A stretch of 64,000 nucleotides of DNA from Pristiophorus japonicus (lineage: Eukaryota): NCBI RefSeq assembly GCF_044704955.1, contig NC_092008.1, positions 2,294,001 through 2,358,000 of the forward strand, written 5' to 3'. Shown one piece after another: positions 1 through 12,319 of this stretch. The notes beneath the pieces were generated by a model, which saw only the letters and a program-made list of their open reading frames with translations, was not told where the DNA came from and did no database searches. A program made the position numbers and the translations under genes. How positions within the stretch are numbered: the stretch's first letter is position 1; every line of letters begins with the position of its first letter.

Positions 1-241
1 GAAGTGCATCCGGGAGGGCGCTGAGCACCTCGAGTCTCGTCGCCGAGAGCGTGCAGAAACCAAGCGCAGGCAACGGAAGGAGCGTGCGGCAAACCAGTCC
101 CACCCTCCCCTTCCCTCAACCACTGTCTGTCCCACCTGTGACAGGGTCTGTGGCTCCCGTATTGGACTGTTCAGCCACCTAAGGACTCGTGTTAGGAGTG
201 GAAGCAAGTCTTCCTCGATCCCGAGGGACTGCCGATGATGA
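1..241 (+). mobile_element. RTE-clade LINE 3' end
   Basis: C-terminal CPTCDR..GLFSH zinc finger and (gat)n tail, as at 26510-27186. Confidence 0.8.
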
Positions 242-242
242 C

Positions 243-600
243 GGTGGGTATATTACTGGGCCAGGAATCCTGAGCCCTGGACTAACGATCCAGGGACACC
301 AGTTCAGGGCGGCTGGGGAGTTTGAACTCAATTGAACAGCTCTGGCGGTAACGGAACTTGCCGTTAAAACCCATCGGGTTCAGTGATGTGTCCTTCAGGG
401 AAGGAAATCTACCGCCCTTACCCGGTCTGGCCGCTATGTGAGTTCAGGCCCACAGCAATGTGTGCGTGACTTGTAACTGCCCTCTGACCTGGCCCAGCGA
501 GCCCCTCAGTTGTATAAGGGTCAGCGCCACCTTCTCGCGGGCGATTAGCGGACGGGCAATAAATGCTGGCCTTGCCAGTGACGCCCACAGCCCCGGGAAC
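243..600 (+). mobile_element. HE1/V-SINE-like elasmobranch SINE
   Basis: Core tccttcagggaaggaaatct...tacccggtctggcc and tail gggcaataaatgctggccttgccag. Confidence 0.65.
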
Positions 601-788
601 CAACAGGAAAAGAACATTCCCCCTCGACATACTGAAAGCCCCATTTTTACACGCACCAGAAAGACAGGTAGTGAGTGGAAACACATTTGTGCTCTCCCCT
701 AAAGTCAGCAAGAAAGGCGCCATCGCATCAGACCCCCAATTAAACCCGCGACATTAACGATCGTTGGTAACGGGCGCAAGGTGCTTAC

Positions 789-902
789 GGTTGATGGCGC
801 AGTGATACACGATCGTGGTCACCACAGCAGCGCTCAGTCCCAGTATCCCCAGCACAGCTCCGATGGTGATCAAAGTTTCATTCTCAGCATTCCTGTTCCG
901 AT
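789..902 (-). CDS. WB: WB connecting peptide/transmembrane exon
   Basis: ctctcttcag| acceptor, 114 nt, C|gtaagc donor; DRNRNAENETLITIGAVLGILGLSAAVVTTIVYHCAIN. Confidence 0.87.
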
Positions 903-3900
903 CTGAAGAGAGCACAGTTACTGGGCCAGCTGTTCACCGCAAGAACAGTATCGCTGAAGTTCCCCGCTGATGGGAACCCGAACCGGGTGGTGTCCGAGAA
1001 TAGGATCAGTAGGCCATTCGGCCCCTCGAGCCTGCACCGCCATTCAATGTATAACTGGAGCAAGACTTCCCTGCTTTTATACTCCATCCCCTTTGCAACA
1101 AAGGCCAAGATCCCATTGGCCTTCCTGATCACTTGCTGTACCTGCATACTATCCTTTTGTGTTTCATGCACAAGTAACTCCCAGGTCCCGCTGTACTGCG
1201 GCACTTTGCAATCTTTCTCCATTTAAATAATAACTTGCTCTTTGATTTTTTTTCTGCCAAAGTGAACGACCTCACACTTTCCCACATTATGCTCCATCTG
1301 CCAAATTTTTGCCCACTCACTGAACCTGTCTGTGTCCTTGTGCAGATTTTTTGTGACCTCCTCACACATTGCTTTTCCTCCCATCTTTGTATCATCAGCA
1401 AACTTGTCTACGTTACACTCAGTCCCTTCTTCCAAGTCGTTAATATAGATTGTAAATAGTTGGGGGCCCAGCACTGATCCCTGCCGCACCCCACTAGTTA
1501 CTGGTTGCCAACCAGAGAATGACCCATTTATCCCGACTCTCTGTTTTCTGTTCGTTAGCCAATCCTCTATCTATGCTAATATATTACCCTCAACCCCGTG
1601 AACTTTTATCTTGTGCAGTAACCTTTTATGTGGCACCTTGTCAAATGACTTCTGGAAGTCCAAATACACCACATCCACTGGTTCCCCTTTATCCATCCTG
1701 TTTGTTACATCCTCTGTGATGATTACTTCTTCAATAAGGAGGGAGAAAGTGTAATGGAGCTCCACCTAGTGGACTTCTGATGTAATAACTACTAGTGATG
1801 CAGTGACAATAACAGGTCATGTGTCAAGGTCATGTGATACAGTTCTGCTCGCGGCCATTTCCAGCGTGTGTTGTGTGTTTGGGGTGTTAGGGATATCACG
1901 GTTGGGTCTTACGGCGATCTCTGTGTCTGAGCTTCCCCGAGTTGCTGAACTTACCGAATTGCACCACGAGTTTGCCGTTGATGGCCACATGTTCCACTTG
2001 ACAGGAGGTCGAACGGTGAACACCTCCGGCCAAGGGCAGGACACTCCAGGCCTGAAAGGTCCCATCCCTTTGAGGTACCACCCGAGTCCTGGCTGCTCCC
2101 TGGACAGCCCCTCGCCCGTCTCTGACCCAGCTCAGGTCAATCTCACGGGGAAAGAAGTTCGTCGCCAAGCACACCAAATAATCCTGCCCGCCTTCTGTCC
2201 GAACAAAGGTGTTGATGGACGTGGGAGCTGTGAAAACAGACAGCAGGTTATACCGTGGGCCGTGTAGAGGGAGCTTTAATCTGTATCTAACCCCCTGTAC
2301 CTGTCCTGGGAGTGTTTGATGGGACAGTGTAGAGGGAGCTTTACTCTGTATCTAACCCGTGTTGTATCCGCCCTGGAAGTGTTTGATGTGACAGTGTAGA
2401 GGGAACTTTACTCTGTATCGAATCCCCTGTACCTGTCCTAGGAGTGTTTGATGGGACAGTGCAGAGAGAGCTTTACTTTGTATCTAACCCCCTGTACCTG
2501 CCCTGGGAGTGTTTGATGGGACAGTGTAGAGGGAGCTTTACTCTATCTAAACCCCTGTACCTGCCCTGGGAGTGTTTGATGGGACAGTGTAGAGGGAGCT
2601 TTACTCTGTATCTAACCCCCTGTACCTGCCCTGGGAGTGTTTGATGGGACAGTGGAGAGGGAGATTTACTCTGTATCTAACCTCGTGCTGTACCTGCCCT
2701 GGGAACGTTTCATGGGAGAGTGTAAGGGGAGCTTTTCTCTGTATCTAACCCCGTTCTGTACCTGCACTGGGAGTGTTTGATGGGACAGTGTAGAGGGAGC
2801 TTTACTCTGTATCTAACCCCCTGTACCTGCCCTGGGAGTGTTTGATGGGACAGTGTAGAGGGAGCTTTACTCTGCATCTAACCCCCTGTACCTGCCCTGG
2901 GAGTGCTTGATGGAACAGTGCAGAGGGAGCTTTACTCTATCTAACCCCCTGTACCTGCCCTGGGAGTGTTTGATGGGACAGTGTAGAGGGAGCTTTACTC
3001 TGTATCTAACCCCCTGTACCTGCCCTGGGAATGTTTGATGGGACAGTGGAGAGGGAGATTTACTCTGTATCTAACCTCGTGCTGTACCTGCCCTGGGAAC
3101 GTTTCATGGGAGAGTGTAAGGGGAGCTTTTCTCTGTAACTAACCCCGTTCTGTACCTGCACTGTGAGTGTTTGATGGGACAGTGTAGAGGGAGCTTTACT
3201 CTGCATCTAACCCCCTGTACCTGCCCTGGGAGTGCTTGATGGAACAGTGCAGAGGGAGCTTTACTCTATCTAACCCCCTGTACCTGCCCTGGGAGTGTTT
3301 GATGGGACAATGTAGTGGGAGCTTTACTCTGTTTCTAAATCCCTGTACCTGCCCTGGAAGTGCTTGATGGGACAGTGTAGAGGGATCTTTACTCTGTATC
3401 TAACCCCGTGCTGTACCTGCCCTGGGAGTGTTTGATGGGACAGTGTAGAGGGAGCTTTACTCTGTATCTAACCCCGTGTACCTGCCCTGGGAGTGTTTGA
3501 TGGGACAGTGTAGAGGGAGCTTTACTCTGTATCTAACCCCCTGTACCTGCCCTGGGAGTGTTTGATGGGACAGTGTAGAGGGAGCTTTACTCTGTATCTA
3601 ACCCCCCTGTACCTGCCCTGGGAGTGTTTGATGGGGACAGTGTAGAGGGAGCTTTACTCTGTATCTAACCCCCTGTACCTGCCCTGGGAATGTTTGATGG
3701 GACAGTGGAGAGGGAGATTTACTCTGTATCTAACCTCGTGCTGTACCTGCCCTGGGAACGTTTCATGGGAGAGTGTAAGGGGAGCTTTTCTCTGTAACTA
3801 ACCCCGTTCTGTACCTGCACTGGGAGTGTTTGATGGGACAGTGTAGAGGGAGCTTTACTCTGCATCTAACCCCCTGTACCTGCCCTGGGAGTGCTTGATG

Positions 3901-6900
3901 GAACAGTGCAGAGGGAGCTTTACTCTATCTAACCCCCTGTACCTGCCCTGGGAGTGTTTGATGGGACAATGTAGTGGGAGCTTTACTCTGTTTCTAAATC
4001 CCTGTACCTGCCCTGGAAGTGCTTGATGGGACAGTGTAGAGGGATCTTTACTCTGTATCTAACCCCGTGCTGTACCTGCCCTGGGAGTGTTTGATGGGAC
4101 AGTGTAGAGGGAGCTTTACTCTGCATCTAACCCCCTGTACCTGCCCTGGGAGTGCTTGATGGAACAGTGCAGAGGGAGCTTTACTCTATCTAACCCCCTG
4201 TACCTGCCCTGGGAGTGTTTGATGGGACAATGTAGTGGGAGCTTTACTCTGTTTCTAAATCCCTGTACCTGCCCTGGAAGTGCTTGATGGGACAGTGTAG
4301 AGGGATCTTTACTCTGTATCTAACCCCGTGCTGTACCTGCCCTGGGAGTGCTTGATGGGACAGTGTAGAGGGAGCTTTACTCTGTATCTAACCCCCTGTA
4401 CCTGCCCTGGGAGTGTTTGATGGGACAGTGTAGAGGGAGCTTTACTCTGTATCTAACCCCCTGTACCTGCCCTGGGAGTGTTTGATGGGACAGTGTAGAG
4501 GGAGCTTTACTCTGTATCTAACCCCCTGTATCTGCCCTGGGAGTGTTTGATGGGACAGTGCAGAGGGAGCTTTACTCTGTATCTTACCCCCTGTACCTGC
4601 CCTGGGAGTGTTTGATGGGACAGTGTAGAGGGAGCTTTACTCTGTATCTAACCCCGTGTACCTGCCCTGGGAGTGTTTGATGGGACAGTGTAGAGGGAGC
4701 TTTACTCTGTATCTAACCCCCTGTACCTGCCCTGGGAGTGTTTGATGGGACAGTGTAGAGGGAGCTTTACTCTGTATCTAATCCCGTGCTGTACCTGCCC
4801 TGGAAGTATTTGATGGGACAGTGTAGAGGAAGATTTAATCTGTATCTAACCCCGTGCTGTACCTGCCCTGGGAGTGTTTGATGGGACAGTGTAGAGGGAG
4901 CTTTACTCTGTATCTAACCCGCTGTACCTGCCCTGGGAGTGTTTGATAGGACAGTGTAGAGGGAGCTTTACTCTGTATCTAACCCCGTGCTGTACCTGCC
5001 CTGGGAGTGTTTGATGGGACAGTGTAGAGGGAGCTTTACTCTGTATCTAACCCCCTGTACCTGCCCTGGGAGTGTTTGATGGGACAGTGTAGAGGGAGCT
5101 TTACTCTGTATCTAACCCCCCTGTACCTGCCCTGGGAGTGTTTGATGGGGACAGTGTAGAGGGAGCTTTACTCTTTATCTAACCCCCTGTACCTGCCCTG
5201 GGAATGTTTGATGGGACAGTGGAGAGGGAGATTTACTCTGTATCTAACCTCGTGCTGTACCTGCCCTGGGAACGTTTCATGGGAGAGTGTAAGGGGAGCT
5301 TTTCTCTGTAACTAACCCCGTTCTGTACCTGCACTGTGAGTGTTTGATGGGACAGTGTAGAGGGAGCTTTACTCTGCATCTAACCCCCTGTACCTGCCCT
5401 GGGAGTGCTTGATGGGACAGTGTAGAGGGATCTTTACTCTGTATCTAACCCCGTGCTGTACTTGCCCTGGGAGTGTTTGATGGGACAATGTAGTGGGAGC
5501 TTTACTCTGTTTCTAAATCCCTGTACCTGCCCTGGAAGTGCTTGATGGGACAGTGTAGAGGGATCTTTACTCTGTATCTAACCCCGTGCTGTACCTGCCC
5601 TGGGAGTGCTTGATGGGACAGTGTAGAGGGAGCTTTACTCTGTATCTAACCCCCTGTACCTGCCCTGGGAGTGTTTGATGGGACAGTGTAGAGGGAGCTT
5701 TACTCTGTATCTAACCCCCTGTACCTGCCCTGGGAGTGTTTGATGGGACAGTGTAGAGGGAGCTTTACTCTGCATCTAACCCCCTGTATCTGCCCTGGGA
5801 GTGTTTGATGGGACAGTGCAGAGGGAGCTTTACTCTGTATCTTACCCCCTGTACCTGCCCTGGGAGTGTTTGATGGGACAGTGTAGAGGGAGCTTTACTC
5901 TGTATCTAACCCCGTGTACCTGCCCTGGGAGTGTTTGATGGGACAGTGTAGAGGGAGATTTACTCTGTATCTAACCCCCTGTACCTGCCCTGGGAGTGTT
6001 TGATGGGACAGTGTAGAGGGAGCTTTACTCTGTATCTAACCCCCCTGTACCTGCCCTGGGAGTGTTTGATGGGGACAGTGTCGAGGGAGCTTTACTCTGT
6101 ATCTAACCTCGTGCTGTACCTGCCCTGTGAGTGTTTGATGGGTACAGTGTAGAGGGAGCTTTACTCTGTATCTAATCCCGTGCTGTACCTGCCCTGGAAG
6201 TATTTGATGGGACAGTGTAGAGGAAGATTTAATCTGTATCTAACCCCGTGCTGTACCTGCCCTGGGAGTGTTTGATGGGACAGTGTAGAGGGAGCTTTAC
6301 TCTGTATCTAACCCGCTGTACCTGCCCTGGGAGTGTTTGATAGGACAGTGTAGAGGGAGCTTTACTCTGTATCTAACCGCGTGCTGAACCTGCCCTGGGA
6401 GTGTTTGATGGGACAGTGTAGAGGGAGCTTTACTCTGTATCTAACCCCCTGTACCTGCCCTGGGAGTGTTTGATGGGACAGTGTAGAGGGAGCTTTACTC
6501 TGTATCTAACCCCCTGTACCTGCTCTGGGAGTGTTTGATGGGACAGTGTAGAGGGAGCTTTACTCTGTATCTAATCCCGTGCTGTACCTGCCCGGACGTA
6601 TTTGATGGGACAGTGTAGAGGAAGATTTAATCTGTATCTAACTCCGTGCTGTACCTGCCCTGGGAGTGTTTGATGGGACAGTGTAGAGGAAGATTTAATC
6701 TGTATCTAACCCCGTGCTGTACCTGCCCTGGGAGTGTTTGATGGGACAGTGTAGAGGGAGCTTTACTCTGAATCTAACCCGCTGTACCTGCCCTGGGAGT
6801 GTTTGATGGGACAGTGTAGAGGGAGCTTTACTCTGAATCTAACCCGCTGTACCTGCCCTGGGAGTGTTTGATGGGACAGTGTAGAGGGAGCTTTACTCTG

Positions 6901-9900
6901 TATCTAACCCCCTGTACCTGCCCTGGGAGTGTTTGATGGGACAGTGTAGAGGGAGCTTTACTCTGTATCTAACCCCCTGTACCTGCCCTGGGAGTGTTTG
7001 ATGGGACAGTGTAGAGGGAGCTTTACTCTGTATCTAACCCCCTGTACCTGCCCTGGGAGTGTTTGATGGGACAGTGTAGAGGGAGCTTTACTCTGTATCT
7101 AACCCCCTGTACCTGCCCTGGGAGTGTTTGATGGGACAGTGTAGAGGGAGCTTTACTCTGTATCTAACCACCTGTACCTGCCCTGGGAGTGTTTGATGGG
7201 ACAGTGTAGAGGGAGCTTTACTCTGTATCTAACCCCGTGCTGTACCTGCCCTGGGAGTGTTTGATAGGACAGTGTAGAGGGAGCTTTACTCTGTATCTAA
7301 CCCCCTTGTACCTGCTCTGGGAGTGTTTGATGGGACAGTGTAGAGGGAGCTTTACTCTGTATCTAACCTCGTGCTGTACCTGCCCTGTGAGTGTTTGATG
7401 GGTACAGTGTAGAGGGAGCTTTACTCTGTATCTAATCCCGTGCTGTACCTGCCCTGGAAGTATTTGATGGGACAGTGTAGAGGAAGATTTAATCTGTATC
7501 TAACCCCGTGCTGTACCTGCCCTGGGAGTGTTTGATGGGACAGTGTAGAGGGAGCTTTACTCTGTATCTAACCCGCTGTACCTGCCCTGGGAGTGTTTGA
7601 TAGGACAGTGTAGAGGGAGCTTTACTCTGTATCTAACCGCGTGCTGAACCTGCCCTGGGAGTGTTTGATGGGACAGTGTAGAGGGAGCTTTACTCTGTAT
7701 CTAACCCCCTGTACCTGCCCTGGGAGTGTTTGATGGGACAGTGTAGAGGGAGCTTTACTCTGTATCTAACCCCCTGTACCTGCTCTGGGAGTGTTTGATG
7801 GGACAGTGTAGAGGGAGCTTTACTCTGTATCTAATCCCGTGCTGTACCTGCCCGGACGTATTTGATGGGACAGTGTAGAGGAAGATTTAATCTGTATCTA
7901 ACTCCGTGCTGTACCTGCCCTGGGAGTGTTTGATGGGACAGTGTAGAGGAAGATTTAATCTGTATCTAACCCCGTGCTGTACCTGCCCTGGGAGTGTTTG
8001 ATGGGACAGTGTAGAGGGAGCTTTACTCTGAATCTAACCCGCTGTACCTGCCCTGGGAGTGTTTGATGGGACAGTGTAGAGGGAGCTTTACTCTGAATCT
8101 AACCCGCTGTACCTGCCCTGGGAGTGTTTGATGGGACAGTGTAGAGGGAGCTTTACTCTGTATCTAACCCCCTGTACCTGCCCTGGGAGTGTTTGATGGG
8201 ACAGTGTAGAGGGAGCTTTACTCTGTATCTAACCCCCTGTACCTGCCCTGGGAGTGTTTGATGGGACAGTGTAGAGGGAGCTTTACTCTGTATCTAACCC
8301 CCTGTACCTGCCCTGGGAGTGTTTGATGGGACAGTGTAGAGGGAGCTTTACTCTGTATCTAACCCCCTGTACCTGCCCTGGGAGTGTTTGATGGGACAGT
8401 GTAGAGGGAGCTTTACTCTGTATCTAACCACCTGTACCTGCCCTGGGAGTGTTTGATGGGACAGTGTAGAGGGAGCTTTACTCTGTATCTAACCCCGTGC
8501 TGTACCTGCCCTGGGAGTGTTTGATAGGACAGTGTAGAGGGAGCTTTACTCTGTATCTAACCCCCTTGTACCTGCTCTGGGAGTGTTTGATGGGACAGTG
8601 TAGAGGGAGCTTTACTCGGTATCTAACCCCGTGCTATATCTGCCCTGGGAGTGTTTGATGGGACAGTGTAGAGGGAGCTTTACTCTGTATCTAACCCCCT
8701 GTACCTGCCCTGGGAGTGTTTGATGGGACAGTGTAGAGGGAGCTTTACTCTGTATCTAACCCCCTGTACCTGCCCTGGGAGTGTTTGATGGGACAGTGTA
8801 GAGGGAGCTTTACTCTGTATCTAACCCCCTGTACCTGCCCTGGGAGTGTTTGATGGGACAGTGTAGAGGGAGCTTTACTCTGTATCTAACCCCCATGTAC
8901 CTGCCCTGGGAGTGTTTGATGGGACAGTGTAGAGGGAGCTTTACTCTGTATCTAACCCCATGCTGTACCTGCCCTGGGAATGGCCGACTCCTGCTCCTAT
9001 TTCTGATGATCTTATTTGCTCTACATTATACAGCGGCCGTTTTGTTCGAGCACCTTACCCATGGCTTTCACAGTGATGTTGAGCAATAAAGCTGTGTGTT
9101 TAATTTTATCGCATAGACTGTCAATCTGTTGTGGGACCGAGTTGACAAAACCTTCATTGGAGTTGCGCCCATCGACCACGGCTTGTGCAAAAGATTGCTT
9201 TGCAACAAATCTTTTAGTGGCGGTGTCGTAGTGCACGATCGTTTCTCCATCATACGCATCATCCCAACCGATTGAGGAATTCCGACCACATCGCCTGCAG
9301 TCACAGTGGATGTGAAACACATGCGGGTCTAGAAAGAACGAACAATGGATCATCACGGTGCAGGAGATCGGCAAATACTTGCACACTGTCAGCCCTGACA
9401 CGGCGGGTCGTACTTCTGCCTCGGAGTCAGCAGGTCTTCGTTTCAAGTCTCACTCCAGGGACTCGAGCACAAAAATCCAGGCTGACACTCGCAGCGCAGT
9501 ACTGAGGGAGCGCCGCACTGTCGGAGGGGCAGTACTGAGGGAGTGCCCCACTGTCGGAGGGGCGGTACTGAGGGAGCCCCGCACTGTCGGAGGGGCGGTA
9601 CTGAGGGAGTGCCCCACTGTCGGAGGGGCGGTACTGAGGGAGCCCCGCACTGTCGGAGGGGCAGTACTGAGGGAGCGCCGCACTGTCGGAGGGGCAGTAC
9701 TGAGGGAGTGCCCCACTGTCGGAGGGGCGGTACTGAGGGAGCCCCGCACTGTCGGAGGGGCGGTACTGAGGGTGCGCCGCACTGTCGGAGGGGAGGTACT
9801 GAGGGAGTGCCGCACTGTCGGAGGGGCAGTACTGAGGGAGCCCCGCACTGTCGGAGGGGCGGTACTGAGGGAGTGCCGCACTGTCGGAGGGGCGGTACTG

Positions 9901-11942
9901 AGGGAGCCCCGCACTGTCGGAGGGGCGGTACTGAGAGAGTGCCGCACTGTCGGAGGGGCGGTACTGAGAGAGTGCCGCACTGTCGGAGGGGCGGTACTGA
10001 GAGAGTGCCGCACTGTCGGAGGGGCGGTACTGAGAGAGTGCCGCACTGTCGGAGGGGCAGTACTGAGGGAGTGCCGCACTGTCGGAGGGGCAGTACTGAG
10101 GGAGCCCCGCACTGTCGGAGGGGCGGTACTGAGAGAGTGCCGCACTGTCGGAGGGGCGGTACTGAGAGAGTGCCGCACTGTCGGAGGGGCGGTACTGAGG
10201 GAGCGCCGCACTGTCGGAGGGGCGGTACTGAGGGAATGCCGCACTGTCGGAGGGGCAGTACTGAGGGAGCCCCGCACTGTCGGAGGGGCAGTACTGAGGG
10301 AGCGCTGCACTGTCGGAGGGGCAGTACTGAGGGAGTGCCGCACTGTCGGAGGGGGGTTACTGAGGTTGTTGAGCGAAACCCTTCAGAAATATCGATGAGG
10401 AGTGTTATATATTCCGTACAACTCACAAACTCACACAAAGTCTTCAGGTGGCAGAGCACTCTGGAACTCTCGTCAGGTGACGTGTTCCCGGTTTATTTGT
10501 GTACGGCGCTATCTCTATCACAAGGAGTCGGACAGAACTGACGCTGACCCCGTGACCCCCAAAGGGGCAATTGGATTCTGGAGCAAATCATTCCTCTCGA
10601 GTGTGTCTGCTTTCCAATCCCCCCTCGACCCTCCCCAACCCCCGGCCCTCCCGAGACATCCCGAGGGCTGCTGCTGGCATAGGGACAGGAGGAGGCCGTT
10701 CAGCCCCTCGAGCCTGTTACATTAGGGACAGGAGGAGTCCGTTCAGCCCCTCGAGTCTGTTACATTAGGGACAGGAGGAGGCCGTTCAGCCCCTCGAGCC
10801 TGTTACATTAGGGACAGGAGGAGGCCGTTCAGCCCCTCGAGCCTGTTACATTAGGGACAGGAGGAGGCTGTTCAGCCCCTCGAGCCTGTTACATTAGGGA
10901 CAGGAGGAGGCCGTTCAGCCCCTCGAGCCTGTTCCGCCAGTCGATGAGATCAGGACTGATCTAACTGGTGCTCGGTCTCGCTCCTCCTGGTTGTCACTGC
11001 CGTCAGACAGGGCGGTAATTAATCTCACCCAAATTGCAAAGTGCCGCAGTACAGCGGGACCTGGGGGGTACTTGTACATGAAACACAAAAGGTTAGTATG
11101 CAGGTACAGCAAGTGATCAGGAAGGTCAATGGGATCTTGGCCTTTATTGCAAAGGAGATGGAGTATAAAAGCAGGGAAGTCTTGCTCCAGTTATACAGGG
11201 TATTGGTGAGACCACACCTGGAGTACTGCGTGCAGTTTTGGTCTCCGTATTTACGAAAGGATATACTTGCTTTGGAGTCAGTTCAGAGAAGGTTCACTCG
11301 GTTGATTCCGGGGATGAGGGGGTTGACTTATGAGGAAAGGTTGAGCAGGTTGGGCCTCTACTCACTGGAACTCAGAAGAATGAGAGGTGATCTTATGGAA
11401 ACGTATCAGATTATGAGGGGGGCTCGACAAGGTGGATGCAGAGAGGATGTTTCCACTGATGGGGGAGACTAGAACTAGGGGGCATGGTCTTAGAATAAGG
11501 GGCCGCCCATTTAAAACTGAGATGAGGAGGAATTTCTTCTCTCTGAGGGTTGTAAATCTGTGGAATTCGCTGCCTCAGAGAGCTGTGGAAGCCGGGACAT
11601 TGAATATATTTACGACAGAGATAGACAGTTTCTTAACCGATAAGGGGGCGGGCAGGGAAGTGGAGCTGAGTCCATGATCGGATCAGCCACGGTCGTATTA
11701 AATGGCGGAGCAGGCTCGAGGGGCCGAATGGCCGACTCCTGCTCCGGTTTCTTATGTTCGCTCATGGCTTTCTTTGGAAGCAGAGCTTGCGATACGATGG
11801 GGCTGCCCCTCGCTGGATCGGCAGTGGGACAGCAGGTTGATGCGAGCGAGGGTTAATGAAGCCACTTACCGATCCAGCCCTCCACCGCGACCACGACAGT
11901 CACCATCGCCACCAGGGCGGTCCATCGGGTGCAAGCCGGCAT
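789..11942 (-). CDS. WB: MHC W-category beta chain gene (WB-like), exons 11942-11870, 9328-9059, 2227-1955, 902-789; cytoplasmic exon not located
   Basis: All exons are phase 1 with GT-AG introns and an open frame. beta1 has class I alpha2-like H..(H)....C and AYDG; beta2 has class I alpha3-like VVPQRDGTFQ rather than class II beta NGDWTFQ; TM GxxxGxxG. Confidence 0.88.
996..1715 (-). mobile_element. CR1 LINE fragment (RT) in the WB intron
   Basis: QGSVLGP...FADD and YLDFQKSFDKVPH. Confidence 0.9.
1955..2227 (-). CDS. WB: WB beta2 C1-set Ig domain exon (class I alpha3-like)
   Basis: gttttcacag| acceptor, 273 nt, G|gtaagt donor; LVCLATNFFPREIDLSW...VPQRDGTFQAWS...SCQVEH. Confidence 0.92.
2263..8980. 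repeat. ~6.7 kb 65/68-bp satellite filling the WB beta1-beta2 intron
   Basis: Unit gggagtgtttgatgggacagtgtagagggagctttactctgtatctaaccccctgtacctgccct; 1260-bp higher-order duplication. Confidence 0.97.
9059..9328 (-). CDS. WB: WB beta1 domain exon
   Basis: ttctttctag| acceptor, 270 nt, G|gtaagg donor; DPHVFHIHCDCRRCGRNSSIGWDDAYDGETIVHYD...SLCDKIK with the canonical Cys pair. Confidence 0.88.
9380..10365 (+). mobile_element. tRNA-derived SINE head followed by a 33-bp internal tandem array
   Basis: Degenerate tRNA-like head, then (gtactgagggagcgccgcactgtcggaggggcg)n. Confidence 0.8.
11030..11760 (+). mobile_element. CR1 LINE 3' fragment
   Basis: [15 protein letters not shown]...RTRGH...LWNSLP + 3' UTR. 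Confidence 0.9.
11870..11942 (-). CDS. WB: WB leader exon MPACTRWTALVAMVTVVVAVEGWI
   Basis: ATG, hydrophobic core, VEG cleavage-like site, consensus phase-1 donor G|gtaagt. Confidence 0.8.
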
Positions 11943-12319
11943 CTCGAAAGGCGGCCGAAGGATTGGCGAGCCGTCTGGGCTGTCGGTGTGTCTCGTCCAA
12001 GCGAGGAATGGTTCTGAATCGCTCAGGTACGGACGCTCGGCTTACCAACCCGACTCCTCCCACACACAGCCGTCGGCTGGGAAACTCCCCCAGCACTCAC
12101 ATCGCCCAACCTCGCCAACACCAGACAAGGCTTCTTTCATCAATTCATTCACTTCCTCTTCCTCGTGTCTTTATCACGACACCGCCCATTAAACCAACTC
12201 AACCCTCGAGCTTCGAAACTCTGCTGCTAATTGCACCTTGACAGATAATTCATTCTCTACCTCTTGCCCAAAACATCCATTAAAGGGATGGTGTCATCAT
12301 TAAAGGGGAGTGTTCACGG

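Noticed and set aside
560-640. WB cytoplasmic exon at the - strand ctttcag acceptor (~632)
   Set aside because: Weak acceptor and the frame runs into a SINE; the real exon probably lies left of the window.
9358-10541. Long repetitive ORFs (also at 13.9-14.8, 22.8-24.7, 30.7-31.7, 32-35, 38.8-39.5 and 51-59.7 kb)
   Set aside because: They arise from tandem units that are multiples of 3 nt, most are open in several frames on both strands, and they trace to SINE/LINE/LTR sequence.
12100-12140. Alternative WB first exon at the - strand gtgagt donor (~12100), and another donor at ~10433
   Set aside because: Neither yields a hydrophobic leader; 11942-11870 gives a proper phase-1 signal peptide.
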